Made by a program: the position numbers and the translations under genes. From Gammaproteobacteria bacterium (GTDB lineage Bacteria; Pseudomonadota; Gammaproteobacteria; Steroidobacterales; Rariloculaceae): a stretch of 42,357 bases of DNA. This document shows, one piece after another, positions 24,104 to 34,187 of this stretch. The notes below the pieces were generated by a model. That model was not told the DNA's origin and did not search any database. It saw nothing but the letters and a program-made list of their open reading frames with translations. The DNA is taken from positions 1 to 42,357 of the forward strand of contig JAOTTJ010000002.1 of the NCBI GenBank assembly GCA_029864465.1, given 5' to 3'. How positions within the stretch are numbered: the first letter of the stretch is position 1; each line of letters starts with the position of its first letter.

Positions 24104-25986
24104 GAGCTTGCTCCGATCGTGCGTCGCCGTACGAACACCACGGCGAGTGCGACAACGGTCAGGAGTAGCGGCATGAGTCCGATGTTGATCACTCGCAGTG
24201 CCGTGCCGAGTCCCTCGATGCTGCTGTCGAGCTCGCGTCGAACGGCGCGCAACTCACTGCGAATGCGCACTTGCTCACCGAGAAACCGCTGTATTTCTTC
24301 CTGTTGCTCGGTGCTCATGAGTAGCGAGCCTTGATCCGTCCGGGCCTCCTGCAGCTCGCCGAGGCGCTGTTCCGTCTCGCTGAGCTCGGCCTGCAGCTGC
24401 TGCTCTGTCTGGCGGAATTGGGCGTCGGCTTGGCGGCGCAGCTCGTCGACTGTCGTGAATGGTCGCGAGAAGCTCGCGCGTGCGCGGATGCCGATCAGTG
24501 CGGCGCTTCCGGACAGGTTATCCAGCGCGTTGATGATGAAGTCGCCGTTGTTGGCGAATGGCGTGACGATCTGCTGGCCGAGGAAGCTCTGAGTCTGCAC
24601 CCAGAGCCGGTCGCTGAGGATATCGACGTCGCCGATGACGATGACGTTCGCCGAATCGGAAGAGGTGAGTTGCGGCCCGGACGGGCCCGACGCGGCGTCG
24701 TCGCTTTCGGCCGGTCCTGGCGGGCCATCCGGGAACGCCGTCGTGAGCGGGCCGATGACTCGCGCGGCAAAGACGTACTGCTCGCCGCTCGGCATAAAGC
24801 CGTCGAGCAGCGTCTGGGGATCGGCAAGGAATTGAAATTGACTCGTCGGCAGCTCCGCAGCTTCCGTGCTCGAAACGAGCAACGGTACGAGCTCGATCGC
24901 GGCGTCGTCCGCCACGCCGAAATGCCCGGCGGTGCCGAGATTGATCGATCCGAGTCCCGACGTGACGACGTCCTCGGGGTCGATCGATGCAGCATCGAGT
25001 CCCACGAGCCCTAGATGGCGCACGGGTCTGGCCCCGAATCCACCGCTAATCGAAAGCGCATAACGGTTGTCGCCAACGACGTTGGTGGACGAAAAGGTCA
25101 CGCCCCACGCATCGAACAGTTGCTCGAGATTCGACGCGCTGCCCATGGCCATGCCGGTCGGGTCTGCATTGACCATGTCGATCTCGGCTAGCGGGTCGAC
25201 GAAGACGAGCGCCCGCCCGCCGCCGAGAATGAACTGATCGATAGCGTAGAGCGTCGCGGCATCGAGGTTCTGCGGATGCACGATCCAGAGAATGTCGATG
25301 TCATCCTCGACCGCGGCGAATCCCGGCGTCAGCGTGCGGATCTCGAAAAGCTGGCGCGCCTGAGTCGTGATGACCCATGGCTCGGTCATCTGTTGGATCT
25401 GAGGGTTGAAGCCTGCGGTCATCGAAACGCCCGACAGCAAGCCTACGACCGGCTTGTCGGGGCTCGACAGGCTATAGACGAGCTTCGCGAGGTCGTACTC
25501 TAGAAATGCCTCCTTGTCGGGTTGAAAGAAGCCGATCGTCTGCTCGCCGCCGACACTGTTCGTGCCGGCGAGACCGAAGAAGATCGACTCGCCGAGCGTA
25601 CCGAGGCTGACGGGCTCCAGACCGAACTGTGTCGCGCGGTCCTCATCCTCGGAAAACGGCAGCGGGTCGATGATCTGCAGGACGAGCCTGCCGCCGGCCT
25701 GGGCGACGAATTCCTCGAGCATCTCCCGTACGCGTGTCGCGTAGGTGCGCAGAAACGGAATGTCGGCCGTCTCACGGTCCGAAAAGAAGTAGTAGAGATT
25801 GATGGGCTCTTCAATGCTCTGCAGTACCTGCCGCGTGCCGGGCGAGATTGTGTAGAGATCGTTTTCCGTCAAGTCGATGCGCAGGCCGCGCAGTAAAGTG
25901 TTGCTCGCGACCAGTGCCGCGAGAAAGCCCAGGCCCAGCAGCAGCAGGGCCGTCAATCCGATCTTGCGCTGTCTTTGAGTTGTCAT
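24100..25986 (-). CDS. GldG-like auxiliary component of an ABC-type transport system (628 aa)
   Basis: It has an N-terminal TM helix, a large periplasmic region, a coiled-coil (QTEQQLQAELSETEQRLGELQ) and a C-terminal TM helix. It lies directly downstream of the ABC-2 permease. Confidence 0.8.
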   Translation of the reverse strand: MTTQRQRKIGLTALLLLGLGFLAALVASNTLLRGLRIDLTENDLYTISPGTRQVLQSIEEPINLYYFFSDRETADIPFLRTYATRVREMLEEFVAQAGGRLVLQIIDPLPFSEDEDRATQFGLEPVSLGTLGESIFFGLAGTNSVGGEQTIGFFQPDKEAFLEYDLAKLVYSLSSPDKPVVGLLSGVSMTAGFNPQIQQMTEPWVITTQARQLFEIRTLTPGFAAVEDDIDILWIVHPQNLDAATLYAIDQFILGGGRALVFVDPLAEIDMVNADPTGMAMGSASNLEQLFDAWGVTFSSTNVVGDNRYALSISGGFGARPVRHLGLVGLDAASIDPEDVVTSGLGSINLGTAGHFGVADDAAIELVPLLVSSTEAAELPTSQFQFLADPQTLLDGFMPSGEQYVFAARVIGPLTTAFPDGPPGPAESDDAASGPSGPQLTSSDSANVIVIGDVDILSDRLWVQTQSFLGQQIVTPFANNGDFIINALDNLSGSAALIGIRARASFSRPFTTVDELRRQADAQFRQTEQQLQAELSETEQRLGELQEARTDQGSLLMSTEQQEEIQRFLGEQVRIRSELRAVRRELDSSIEGLGTALRVINIGLMPLLLTVVALAVVFVRRRTIGASS

Positions 25987-25999
25987 GGTCGTTAGTTAT

Positions 26000-26734
26000 T
26001 CAATCCGCTTTCTTCAGTTCGAGAACGATTGCGTTCGCATACAACATGACGCCAATCAACAGCGCGAAGTAGACGAGATCGCGCAGATCGATGACGCCTT
26101 TGCTGATGCTCGCGAAGTGCGTCAAGAAGCTCAGGCTCGCGACTGTGTCGACCAGAGCCTGCGGAGCCCATGCCGAGAACAGATCCAGAACCATCGAGAA
26201 TCCTGCGAGAAGCAGAACAAAGCACGCAACGACCGATAGAATGAACGCGATCACCTGATTCTTGGTCGCGGCGGAGATGCACGAGCCGACGGCGAGGAAT
26301 CCGCCAGCCATAAGAAGACTGCCGACGTATGCGGCCAATATGACGCCGTTATCCGGATCGCCGAGGTAGTTGACGGTTATCCAGATTGGAAACGTCAGCG
26401 CGAGTGCGAGCGCCGTGAACAGCCAGGCGGCGAGATACTTTCCGAGGACGGCCTGCCAGAGCTCGATCGGTAGCGTCATGAGCAGCTCGATGCTGCCGGA
26501 TTTCCGCTCTTCTGCCCACAGTCGCATGCTGAGCGCCGGCACGAGGAACAGGTAGAGCCATGGGTGGAAATTGAAGAACGGCATGAGATCGGCCTGACCG
26601 CGCTCGTAGAAATTGCCGAGGTAAAATGTGAACGTGTTGCTCAGGATCAGAAAGATCACGATGAACACATACGCAACAGGCGTCAGGAAATAGCTCTTGA
26701 GCTCGCGGCGCATGACCGCCATGACGTTATTCAT
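26000..26734 (-). CDS. ABC-2 type transporter permease (244 aa from ATG 26734)
   Basis: MNNVMAVMRRELKSYFLTPVAYVFIVIFLILS is the typical ABC-2 permease N-terminus, and there are six predicted TM segments. The start overlaps the ATPase stop (ATGA at 26731-26734). Confidence 0.9.
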   Translation of the reverse strand: MNNVMAVMRRELKSYFLTPVAYVFIVIFLILSNTFTFYLGNFYERGQADLMPFFNFHPWLYLFLVPALSMRLWAEERKSGSIELLMTLPIELWQAVLGKYLAAWLFTALALALTFPIWITVNYLGDPDNGVILAAYVGSLLMAGGFLAVGSCISAATKNQVIAFILSVVACFVLLLAGFSMVLDLFSAWAPQALVDTVASLSFLTHFASISKGVIDLRDLVYFALLIGVMLYANAIVLELKKAD

Positions 26735-27666
26735 GCTGCAGCGCCTCCCGTGATCGTTCTGAAGACCTCGTCGAGGCGGCCCGACTCCAGATGCAGCTCG
26801 GCGAACTCCCAACCTCGCTCGGCGCTGAGCTCGCTGATCGCCCTTAGCGGCATTCGGCCCGGGGCCGGAAAGGCCGTGAGCCTGTTTGCATTAGCATCGA
26901 CTTCAGTTCGCTCGACATCGCCGAGCGCGTCGATCTCTTTGCGTATCTGCTCGAGCGCAACGTTGTCGGCGAGTCTGAGAGAGACAGCGTTGTGAAACTT
27001 CGACCTTGCCTCGAGGTTCGCCGGTGTGTCGTCGGCGAGTATGCGGCCCTGGGCAATGATGATCGCGCGATTACAGAGTGCGTCGACTTCCTCGAGCAGA
27101 TGCGTCGAGATAATAATGATCTTGTCCTTCGCCATCGCGTTGATGAGCTCACGAACCTCGTGCTTCTGATTCGGGTCGAGGCCGTCGGTCGGCTCGTCGA
27201 GGATCAGCACTTGCGGATCGTGCAGAAGCGCCTGGGCGAGCCCGACGCGCCGCTTGTAGCCTTTCGAGAGCGTGTCGATGCTCTGCTCGAGCACGTGCTC
27301 GAGATGCAGAAGGCCATAGATCTCCGCGAGGCGCGCGCGGCGCGAGTCACCATGCATACCGCGGATATCTGCGACGAAATCGAGGAACGCACGCGGCGTC
27401 ATCTCCGGGTAGCTCGGCGCGCCCTCGGGTAGGTAGCCTATGCACGCCTTCGCGGCGGTTGCATGCGTTGCTATGTCGTAGCCGCAGACGGTTACGCGGC
27501 CGGAGGACGCCGGCAAGAAGCCTGCTATGACGCGCATCGTCGTGCTTTTTCCCGCACCATTCGGTCCGAGAAAACCGAGCACCTCACCCGGCTCGACCTG
27601 AAAGCTCAGGTCGTCGACCGCGAGTAGCGGCCCGTAGTGTTTGACTAGATTCTGACAATCAATCAT
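26731..27666 (-). CDS. ABC transporter ATP-binding protein (311 aa)
   Basis: It has Walker A GPNGAGKST, the signature LSKGYKRR, Walker B ILILDEPTDGLD and an H-loop STHLL. Confidence 0.95.
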   Translation of the reverse strand: MIDCQNLVKHYGPLLAVDDLSFQVEPGEVLGFLGPNGAGKSTTMRVIAGFLPASSGRVTVCGYDIATHATAAKACIGYLPEGAPSYPEMTPRAFLDFVADIRGMHGDSRRARLAEIYGLLHLEHVLEQSIDTLSKGYKRRVGLAQALLHDPQVLILDEPTDGLDPNQKHEVRELINAMAKDKIIIISTHLLEEVDALCNRAIIIAQGRILADDTPANLEARSKFHNAVSLRLADNVALEQIRKEIDALGDVERTEVDANANRLTAFPAPGRMPLRAISELSAERGWEFAELHLESGRLDEVFRTITGGAAA

Positions 27667-27769
27667 CGGAAAAATCCTTCGAGATCGCTAAACCTGCGCG
27701 GGGACCTCACCGGTGAACCGCGGAATTTTCCATAGCGCGCGGCGCTTTTCAAGACCCCGTCAATTCGCT

Positions 27770-30514
27770 CTACTGGATAATATTGCCGTCCGCATCCATG
27801 ATCTGGACGGGACCGAGCTCGAGCGCCCGGACGCTGTCTTCGATGCGGCTCAGGTCGCCCACGACGACCCAGGTCAGCTGCGCCGGTGCAAATAGGCTTT
27901 GCGCGGCTGCGTTGACGGTCCTCGTGTCGAGCCCCGCGATCAAGTCCGCGTAGATATCCCAATAATCGTCGGGAAGACCGAAACGGACGAGCTCGGCAAT
28001 GTCACCGGCAACGGCCCTGGCGGTTTCCCAGCGCCCCGGCAACGTCAGCGTGCTGCGTCGCTTGGACGTCTCGACTTCCTCGTCTGTAACGGGCCTCGAT
28101 GTGACGAGTTCGCGCAACTCCCGGTCGAGCTCGATCATCGACGGTGCCGTCTGATCCGTTTGGACCGGTGCATAGACAATGAATGGGCGCTGCAACATGG
28201 TGTCGACGATCAAAGACCGCACGCCGTACGACCAGCTCTTGTCCTCGCGAAGATTCAGATTGATACGCGATGTGAACGTGCCGCCGAAGGCGTCGTTCGC
28301 CGCGTCGAGTGCGAGCTGGCGCTCATCGGCCTTGGGTGCGACGAGATGTCCGCCGATGATGATGCTCTGCTCCGATCCGGGCCGGTCGATCAAAATCACG
28401 CGCGCTGCTTGCGGCAAAGCGACTTCAGCGAGGTGCTTGGCCGGTGTCTCGCCGGGTGTCCAGTCTGCGAACAAGGCCTCGAGCTGCGGCTCGATCTCGG
28501 CCATCGACGTATCGCCGACGACGATCATGGTAGCGTTGTTGGGCTTGAACCAAGCCGCGTGAAACGCGACGAGGTCCTCGCGCATCAACGCTGTGACGCT
28601 GGCCTCGGTGCCCGAGCCCGTCATCGGCAACGCGTAGGCGTGGCCGTCGCCGTAAATCAGGCGCGGAAACACGCGCAATGCCATCGAGATGGGCGTGACC
28701 TGCTCGCGTTGAATCTCCGACAGCAATAGCTGCTTGAGCCGGCCGAGCTCGGATTCGGGGAAGGCCGGGTTCAAAATGACGTCGCTATAGATCTCCAGCG
28801 CCTGCGGGAGATTCTCGCTGAGGGCGGACAGGTTCACGAACGAGAAGTCGAGATTCGAGCCCGTGCTCAGGTTGGCGCCGAGCTGCGCGAGTTGATCACT
28901 GATCTCCAGCGCATCCCAACGCGCGGAACCCTCATCGAGCATATCCATCGCGAGCTTGGCCGTGCCAGGCGCGCCAAACTGGTCGGCCGCGTAGCCCGCA
29001 TCGAGCTGTAGCGACAGATTAACAACCGGCACGGCCGCACGCCTGGCGACGATGACGCGCATGCCATTGCTGAGTTGACCGCGCTCAAATTCAGGAAACT
29101 GCGCCGACGGGAAACTTTGCGGCATCGGTAAGGCCGAGCGATCCGCGCCATCCGGACGTGTGCTGCGCTCGTCGAACGGATGTACCTCGAGCGTTAAGGC
29201 TGGACCGGAGAGCCAGCGGCGCGCCGTGTCGCGCAGCTCGGCGGGCCTTGCCGTCTCGGTGATCTCCAGGGAATCCTTATAGGCATCGGGACGACCGCCG
29301 AGGACCGCACTCTCGGCAAGCAGGGCAGATTTTCCGCCGACGCGCTCGATGCCGCGAATGAACCCCGAGCGCGTGTCCATGACCGCTCGGGTGAGCTCCT
29401 CGCGCGTCGGACCCGTTTCGAGAAACCGCTCGAGCTCCTCATCGAGTAGGCGCTCGACCTCAGCGAGATCGCCGCCGGGAAGCGCCGTAGCCCAGACCGC
29501 GTAAGCGCCGGCTATCTCGCCGACGAAGGCGAAGCCGCCGACGTCCGTCGCGACCTGATCCTCGTAGACGAGCCGCTGGTAGAGTCGCGACGTCTTGCCC
29601 TGAGTTAGTGCCACGTCGGCGAGGCTGAGTTGCTCGGCCTCGATGTTGCCCCATTCCGGAATCGGCCAGACCTTATAGAGGCGTGCCTGCGGAACGCGGT
29701 CCTGCAGCATGACGCGGCGGTCGTGGTCCAGCTTCGGGACCCAAGTCTCCAGCCGGGAGAGCGGAGGACCAGCCGGGATATCGCCGAAATACCGTTCCGC
29801 TTTCTCGCGGGCCGTCGCGACGTCGATGTCACCGGCCAGGACGAGCGTCGCGTTGTTCGGCCCGTAGTAGGTGCGAAACCACTCATAGACGTCATCGAGT
29901 GTCGCGGCGTCGAGATCCTCCATGGAGCCAATGATCGGCCAAGAGTAGGGGTGCCCTTCGGGGAATAGATTGCTCGTGATCTGATCGAACACCTTGCCGT
30001 ACGGTTGATTCTCGCGCTGGCGTTTCTCGTTTTGCACCACGCCGCGCTGCTCGTCGAGCTTCTCTTGATCGATGGCGCCGAGCAGATGCCCCATGCGATC
30101 GGATTCGAGCCAAAGTGCGAGATCGAGCGCGCTCGTCGGGACGGTCTGATAATAGTTGGTACGGTCGTTGTTGGTTGTGCCGTTGATTGATGATGCGCCA
30201 ACCTGCTGCAACGGCGTGAAATATTCCTCGTCGTGATTCTCGCTACCGTTAAACATCAAATGTTCGAACAGATGAGCGAAGCCCGTTCTGCCCGGGATCT
30301 CGTTTTTCGAGCCGACGTGATACCACAGCGTCGTGGATACGATCGGCGCTTTGCGGTCCTCATGGACGATGACGCGCAGGCCGTTGTCGAGCGTGAATTC
30401 CTCGAACGGAATATCGAGCTGCGCTCGGACACCGAAGGAGGTCAATACGAGTGCCGATGCGCAGAGCGCGGGTATCGATCTATTCATAATGCTTCGGTTC
30501 GTTACGTTATTCAT
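27770..30514 (-). CDS. Secreted double-module M16 (pitrilysin/insulinase) family zinc peptidase (914 aa)
   Basis: It has a signal peptide and the inverted zinc motif HLFEHLMFNGSENH in the first module. The second M16-like module lacks the motif. An alternative start is ATG 30487. Confidence 0.9.
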   Translation of the reverse strand: MNNVTNRSIMNRSIPALCASALVLTSFGVRAQLDIPFEEFTLDNGLRVIVHEDRKAPIVSTTLWYHVGSKNEIPGRTGFAHLFEHLMFNGSENHDEEYFTPLQQVGASSINGTTNNDRTNYYQTVPTSALDLALWLESDRMGHLLGAIDQEKLDEQRGVVQNEKRQRENQPYGKVFDQITSNLFPEGHPYSWPIIGSMEDLDAATLDDVYEWFRTYYGPNNATLVLAGDIDVATAREKAERYFGDIPAGPPLSRLETWVPKLDHDRRVMLQDRVPQARLYKVWPIPEWGNIEAEQLSLADVALTQGKTSRLYQRLVYEDQVATDVGGFAFVGEIAGAYAVWATALPGGDLAEVERLLDEELERFLETGPTREELTRAVMDTRSGFIRGIERVGGKSALLAESAVLGGRPDAYKDSLEITETARPAELRDTARRWLSGPALTLEVHPFDERSTRPDGADRSALPMPQSFPSAQFPEFERGQLSNGMRVIVARRAAVPVVNLSLQLDAGYAADQFGAPGTAKLAMDMLDEGSARWDALEISDQLAQLGANLSTGSNLDFSFVNLSALSENLPQALEIYSDVILNPAFPESELGRLKQLLLSEIQREQVTPISMALRVFPRLIYGDGHAYALPMTGSGTEASVTALMREDLVAFHAAWFKPNNATMIVVGDTSMAEIEPQLEALFADWTPGETPAKHLAEVALPQAARVILIDRPGSEQSIIIGGHLVAPKADERQLALDAANDAFGGTFTSRINLNLREDKSWSYGVRSLIVDTMLQRPFIVYAPVQTDQTAPSMIELDRELRELVTSRPVTDEEVETSKRRSTLTLPGRWETARAVAGDIAELVRFGLPDDYWDIYADLIAGLDTRTVNAAAQSLFAPAQLTWVVVGDLSRIEDSVRALELGPVQIMDADGNIIQ

Positions 30515-30811
30515 TCAATCTTTGCAAGACAGTGGAAGCTCATTCGGAGTTCCGCGCGGCCCGAAAGTTTCGCGAGTAACCGTGGTCCATGGCGTTCACG
30601 CGAAAGCCTCTGACGTAGGGCTTGACGAGATGCCTGTTCGTATAGAATGCACGAAAGACGTCGTCGGGCACGCCGTGCGGTCCGCGAGCGACGAGCACAC
30701 GAGGTAGAGGCAGATGATTGACTTCGCTGAATGCCGCATCGAGTCGCTCCTTTCGGCAGCCGCCAGTATAGAGTACGCGTGCGAGGCAGACCCAGTTATC
30801 GGGAACGGCTT

Positions 30812-31789
30812 ATGGTGAGTCGGCGCGGGCTCTTTCCGCGGCTCGATCCCTACGATCACGGCTTTCTGCGTCGCGGCCAGCACCAGATTTACTACGAGCA
30901 ATGCGGTAACCCCAGCGGGAAGCCCGCGCTGTTCCTCCACGGTGGCCCGGGGGGTGGCGGCGACGAGAACGCCCGACGATTCTTCGATCCGGCCGGCTAC
31001 CGAATCATCAACTTCGACCAGCGCGGCGCCGGGCGTAGCCGCCCGACCGCGAGCCTCGACGAGAACACGACCTGGGATCTCATCGGCGACATTGAGGCGC
31101 TACGGGAGCATCTAGGCGTCCAGCGTTGGCTCGTGTTCGGTGGGTCCTGGGGCAGCACGCTCGCGATCGCGTACGCCCAATGTCACCCAGCGTCCGTTAG
31201 TGAGCTGGTTCTGCGCGGAATCTTCCTGCTGCGACGTCGAGAGCTCCACTGGTTCTATCAGGATGGCGCGAGCAACTTGTTCCCGGAACAATGGCAGCAG
31301 TTTCTCGCGCCGATTCCGCCACAAGAGCGGCACGATCTGCTCAGGGCCTACCATCGCCGACTGATCGGCGACGACGCGCAGGCCCGCCTCGAGGCCGCGC
31401 GCGCGTGGTCGATCTGGGAGGGCACGACGAGTTCGCTACTCGCCAACGCCGATCTCGTGGACCACTTCAGTGCGCCTGATTTTGCCCTTGCGCTCGCACG
31501 TATCGAAGTGCATTACTTCGTCAACGGTGGCTTCCTCGAGCACGAAGAGCAGCTGCTCGATAACGTCGAGCGGATTCGTGATATCCCGGCTGTGATCGTT
31601 CAAGGGCGTTACGACGTCGTGTGCCCGATCGTGACAGCCTGGGAGCTTGTGCAACGATGGCCCGAGGCGGATTTTCGGGTCGTCGCCGATGCAGGGCATA
31701 CCGCCTACGAGCCTGGCATCACGCACGAGCTCGTCTCGGCGACCGATGAGTTTCTTGCAGCCGACAATAGGGGATCGTCGCGTGTCTAA
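30812..31789 (+). CDS. pip: Prolyl aminopeptidase (proline iminopeptidase, 325 aa)
   Basis: LDPYDHGFL...YYEQCGNPSGKPALFLHGGPGGG, NFDQRGAGRS and the nucleophile GGSWGSTLA are all present. The track ORF starts at 30731, but ATG 30812 gives the canonical N-terminus. Confidence 0.9.
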   Translation: MVSRRGLFPRLDPYDHGFLRRGQHQIYYEQCGNPSGKPALFLHGGPGGGGDENARRFFDPAGYRIINFDQRGAGRSRPTASLDENTTWDLIGDIEALREHLGVQRWLVFGGSWGSTLAIAYAQCHPASVSELVLRGIFLLRRRELHWFYQDGASNLFPEQWQQFLAPIPPQERHDLLRAYHRRLIGDDAQARLEAARAWSIWEGTTSSLLANADLVDHFSAPDFALALARIEVHYFVNGGFLEHEEQLLDNVERIRDIPAVIVQGRYDVVCPIVTAWELVQRWPEADFRVVADAGHTAYEPGITHELVSATDEFLAADNRGSSRV

Positions 31790-33116
31790 AACACTCCTCG
31801 TCAATGGGACGATCGTGAACGAGGACCGCATCTATGCCGCCGATGTGCTGATCGATGGCGAGAGAATTGCGAAGATCGAGCCGGGGTTGTCCGCCTCGAG
31901 CGGTGAGAACGTTATCGACGTCAGCGGCTGCCATGTCCTGCCAGGGCTCATCGACGACCAAGTCCACTTCCGCGAGCCCGGTCTAATGCACAAGGCAACG
32001 ATTGCGACCGAGTCTTTGGCGGCCGTGTGCGGGGGCGTGACGAGTTACATGGAGATGCCGAACACCTCGCCGCCAACGACGACGGTCGAGGCGCTCGCCG
32101 AGAAGCGCGATCGCGCCCTGGGCCGCAGCCACGCGAACTTTGCATTTTACCTTGGCGCGACGAACGAGAATCTCGATGAGATCAAGCGCGTGGCGCTCGG
32201 TGAAGCTTGCGGTATCAAGGTCTTCATGGGTGCATCGACGGGGAATATGCTCGTCGACGATCCGGCCACGCTCGAGCGCATCTTCGCCGAAGCTACGTTG
32301 CCGGTCGCGACGCACTGCGAGGATTCGCCGACGATTTGGCAAAACGAGGCGCAGTTCAAGCAACGTTACGGTGACGACGTGCCGATGGCGTGCCATCCGC
32401 AGATTCGCTCCGCAGAGGCCTGCTACAAATCTTCTTCGCTCGCCGTTGAGCTCGCCAAGCGATTCGGCACGCGTCTGCACGTCCTGCATCTGACGACCGA
32501 GCGGGAATTGAATCTCTTCGAGCCCGGTCCGATCGAAGGCAAGCACATCACGGCAGAGGTCTGCGTCCATCATCTATGGTTCGACGAATCGAGCTACGGC
32601 GCGCTGGGAGCGCGCATCAAGTGCAACCCGGCGATCAAGCGCCATGAGGACCGCGAGGCGCTGTTGGCGGCCGTTCGCGACGATCGGCTCGACGTGATCG
32701 CAACGGACCACGCACCGCATACGCTCGAGGAGAAACAGCAAACCTACTTCTCGGCGCCGGCCGGCTTGCCGCTCGTGCAGCACTCGCTGCAAATGCTGCT
32801 CGAGCATCACCGCAACGGCCGCCTGACGCTCGAGCAGATCGTGCGCAAGGCCGCGCATAATCCAGCACGACTATTCGGCGTGAAGGATAGAGGCTTTCTA
32901 CGCGAGGGCTACTACGGCGATATCGCCGTTGTCGATCTCGAGCGGCCCGAGCGAGTGACGACAGAGAACGTGCGCTACAAATGCGGCTGGTCGCCATTAG
33001 AGGGCGTGGAGCTCGGAGCGAGCGTCGTTATGACGCTCGTCAACGGCATGGTCGTTGTGCGCAACGGCGAGGTTCTCGCTGAGCCGGGCGGCCGGCAGCT
33101 GGAGTTCTCTGAGTAG
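31782..33116 (+). CDS. Dihydroorotase-type cyclic amidohydrolase (444 aa, GTG start)
   Basis: LLVNGTIVNED...VLPGLIDDQVHFREPG, MPNTSPP and IATDHAPHTLEEK match the ~445-aa type I dihydroorotase/allantoinase superfamily. GTG 31782 follows AGGGGA and overlaps the pip stop by 8 nt. Whether it is the biosynthetic pyrC cannot be decided from this sequence. Confidence 0.85.
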   Translation: MSKTLLVNGTIVNEDRIYAADVLIDGERIAKIEPGLSASSGENVIDVSGCHVLPGLIDDQVHFREPGLMHKATIATESLAAVCGGVTSYMEMPNTSPPTTTVEALAEKRDRALGRSHANFAFYLGATNENLDEIKRVALGEACGIKVFMGASTGNMLVDDPATLERIFAEATLPVATHCEDSPTIWQNEAQFKQRYGDDVPMACHPQIRSAEACYKSSSLAVELAKRFGTRLHVLHLTTERELNLFEPGPIEGKHITAEVCVHHLWFDESSYGALGARIKCNPAIKRHEDREALLAAVRDDRLDVIATDHAPHTLEEKQQTYFSAPAGLPLVQHSLQMLLEHHRNGRLTLEQIVRKAAHNPARLFGVKDRGFLREGYYGDIAVVDLERPERVTTENVRYKCGWSPLEGVELGASVVMTLVNGMVVVRNGEVLAEPGGRQLEFSE

Positions 33117-33205
33117 CGCGCTGCCCGTCGTCGTGTCGGGGCTTGAATTGCTGCTCCCGGGTATGCTGGACTTGCCGCTGAGCGGCGCGCACCAGGAGTG
33201 AGATC

Positions 33206-34093
33206 GTGAGGGTTCTGCCAAATCTCTTCGCAGTCTGCTTAGTGGCCGGCTGCGGACCGGGCGCACCGCCCGAAACGCCAGCCGGACCAGAGAGTAGTTC
33301 GAGCGCAGGTCTGACCCAGGAGAGCGCACCGGCGACCGACACGGCCGTCGAGGTCGAATCGGATGCCGGGCTCGTTGGGCAGGAGAACCCGCTGATCGGT
33401 CTGCTCGAGCAGGATATTCCTTACGGCGAGGGTGCGGATGGAAATCTCGTCGGGTTTCTTGCCGTGCCCGAGGACGCTGCGGAGCCCTTGCCCGGCATCA
33501 TCGTGCTCCATGAGTGGTGGGGTCTCAACGATGCCGTCAGGGAGGCCGCGCGGCGCCTAGCGCGCGAAGGCTATATCGTTCTGGCCACAGACTTCTACGG
33601 CGGGCGCACGGCCGAGTCAGTTGCGGATGCGCAGGACTTGATGCGCGAGCTCGTCGCGGACCCGGACAGCGTGCGCGACAACATTCGCCAGGCAGTCGAG
33701 TACCTCGAGCGTTACGCGCTCGCGCCGCGGGTCGGCAGCATAGGCTGGGACATGGGTGGGCGCTGGTCGCTGCAGACTGGGATCATGATGCCGGACGATC
33801 TCGACGCGCTCGTGATGTTCTACGGAGCCGTGGAGACCGATGAGGCAGCCCTGGACGCGCTCGGTATGCCGATGCTCGCGTTATTCGGCGAGCAGGATGG
33901 GTCGATTCCGTTACGCAGCGTGCAGGAATTTCGCAACGTGCTTAATCAGCTCGGCAAGGAAGCTGAGGTGCGGATCTACTCTGGTGTCGATCACGGTTTT
34001 TTCTTTCCCGGCAGCCCGACCTACAGCCCTATCGCTGCCGATGACGCGTGGAACAGAACGATTGCGCTGTTCGACGCGGCGCTCAAGAACTAA
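33206..34093 (+). CDS. Dienelactone hydrolase family lipoprotein (295 aa, GTG start)
   Basis: The lipobox is LVAGC in MRVLPNLFAVCLVAGC. The DLH-type core has IIVLHEWWGLND and YSGVDHGFF. Confidence 0.85.
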   Translation: MRVLPNLFAVCLVAGCGPGAPPETPAGPESSSSAGLTQESAPATDTAVEVESDAGLVGQENPLIGLLEQDIPYGEGADGNLVGFLAVPEDAAEPLPGIIVLHEWWGLNDAVREAARRLAREGYIVLATDFYGGRTAESVADAQDLMRELVADPDSVRDNIRQAVEYLERYALAPRVGSIGWDMGGRWSLQTGIMMPDDLDALVMFYGAVETDEAALDALGMPMLALFGEQDGSIPLRSVQEFRNVLNQLGKEAEVRIYSGVDHGFFFPGSPTYSPIAADDAWNRTIALFDAALKN

Positions 34094-34167
34094 AAATAGG
34101 GGCCGGGACGAAATCCCTTTCGTGATGCGAGCCTTTCGGCTCACGCCAGGAGTCAATTCCCGGCCCC
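34091..34167 (-). terminator. Large compound stem structure followed by UAUUUUUA on the minus strand; likely terminator of the 34525..34247 transcript
   Basis: A perfect 10-bp closing stem pairs ggggccggga (34099-34108) with tcccggcccc (34158-34167). It encloses two hairpins (cgaaa-tccc-tttcg and gagcc-tttc-ggctc). On the minus strand the stem is followed by tattttta (34098-34091). Confidence 0.5.
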
Positions 34168-34187
34168 AATGGCCTCCCGGCCAACCC

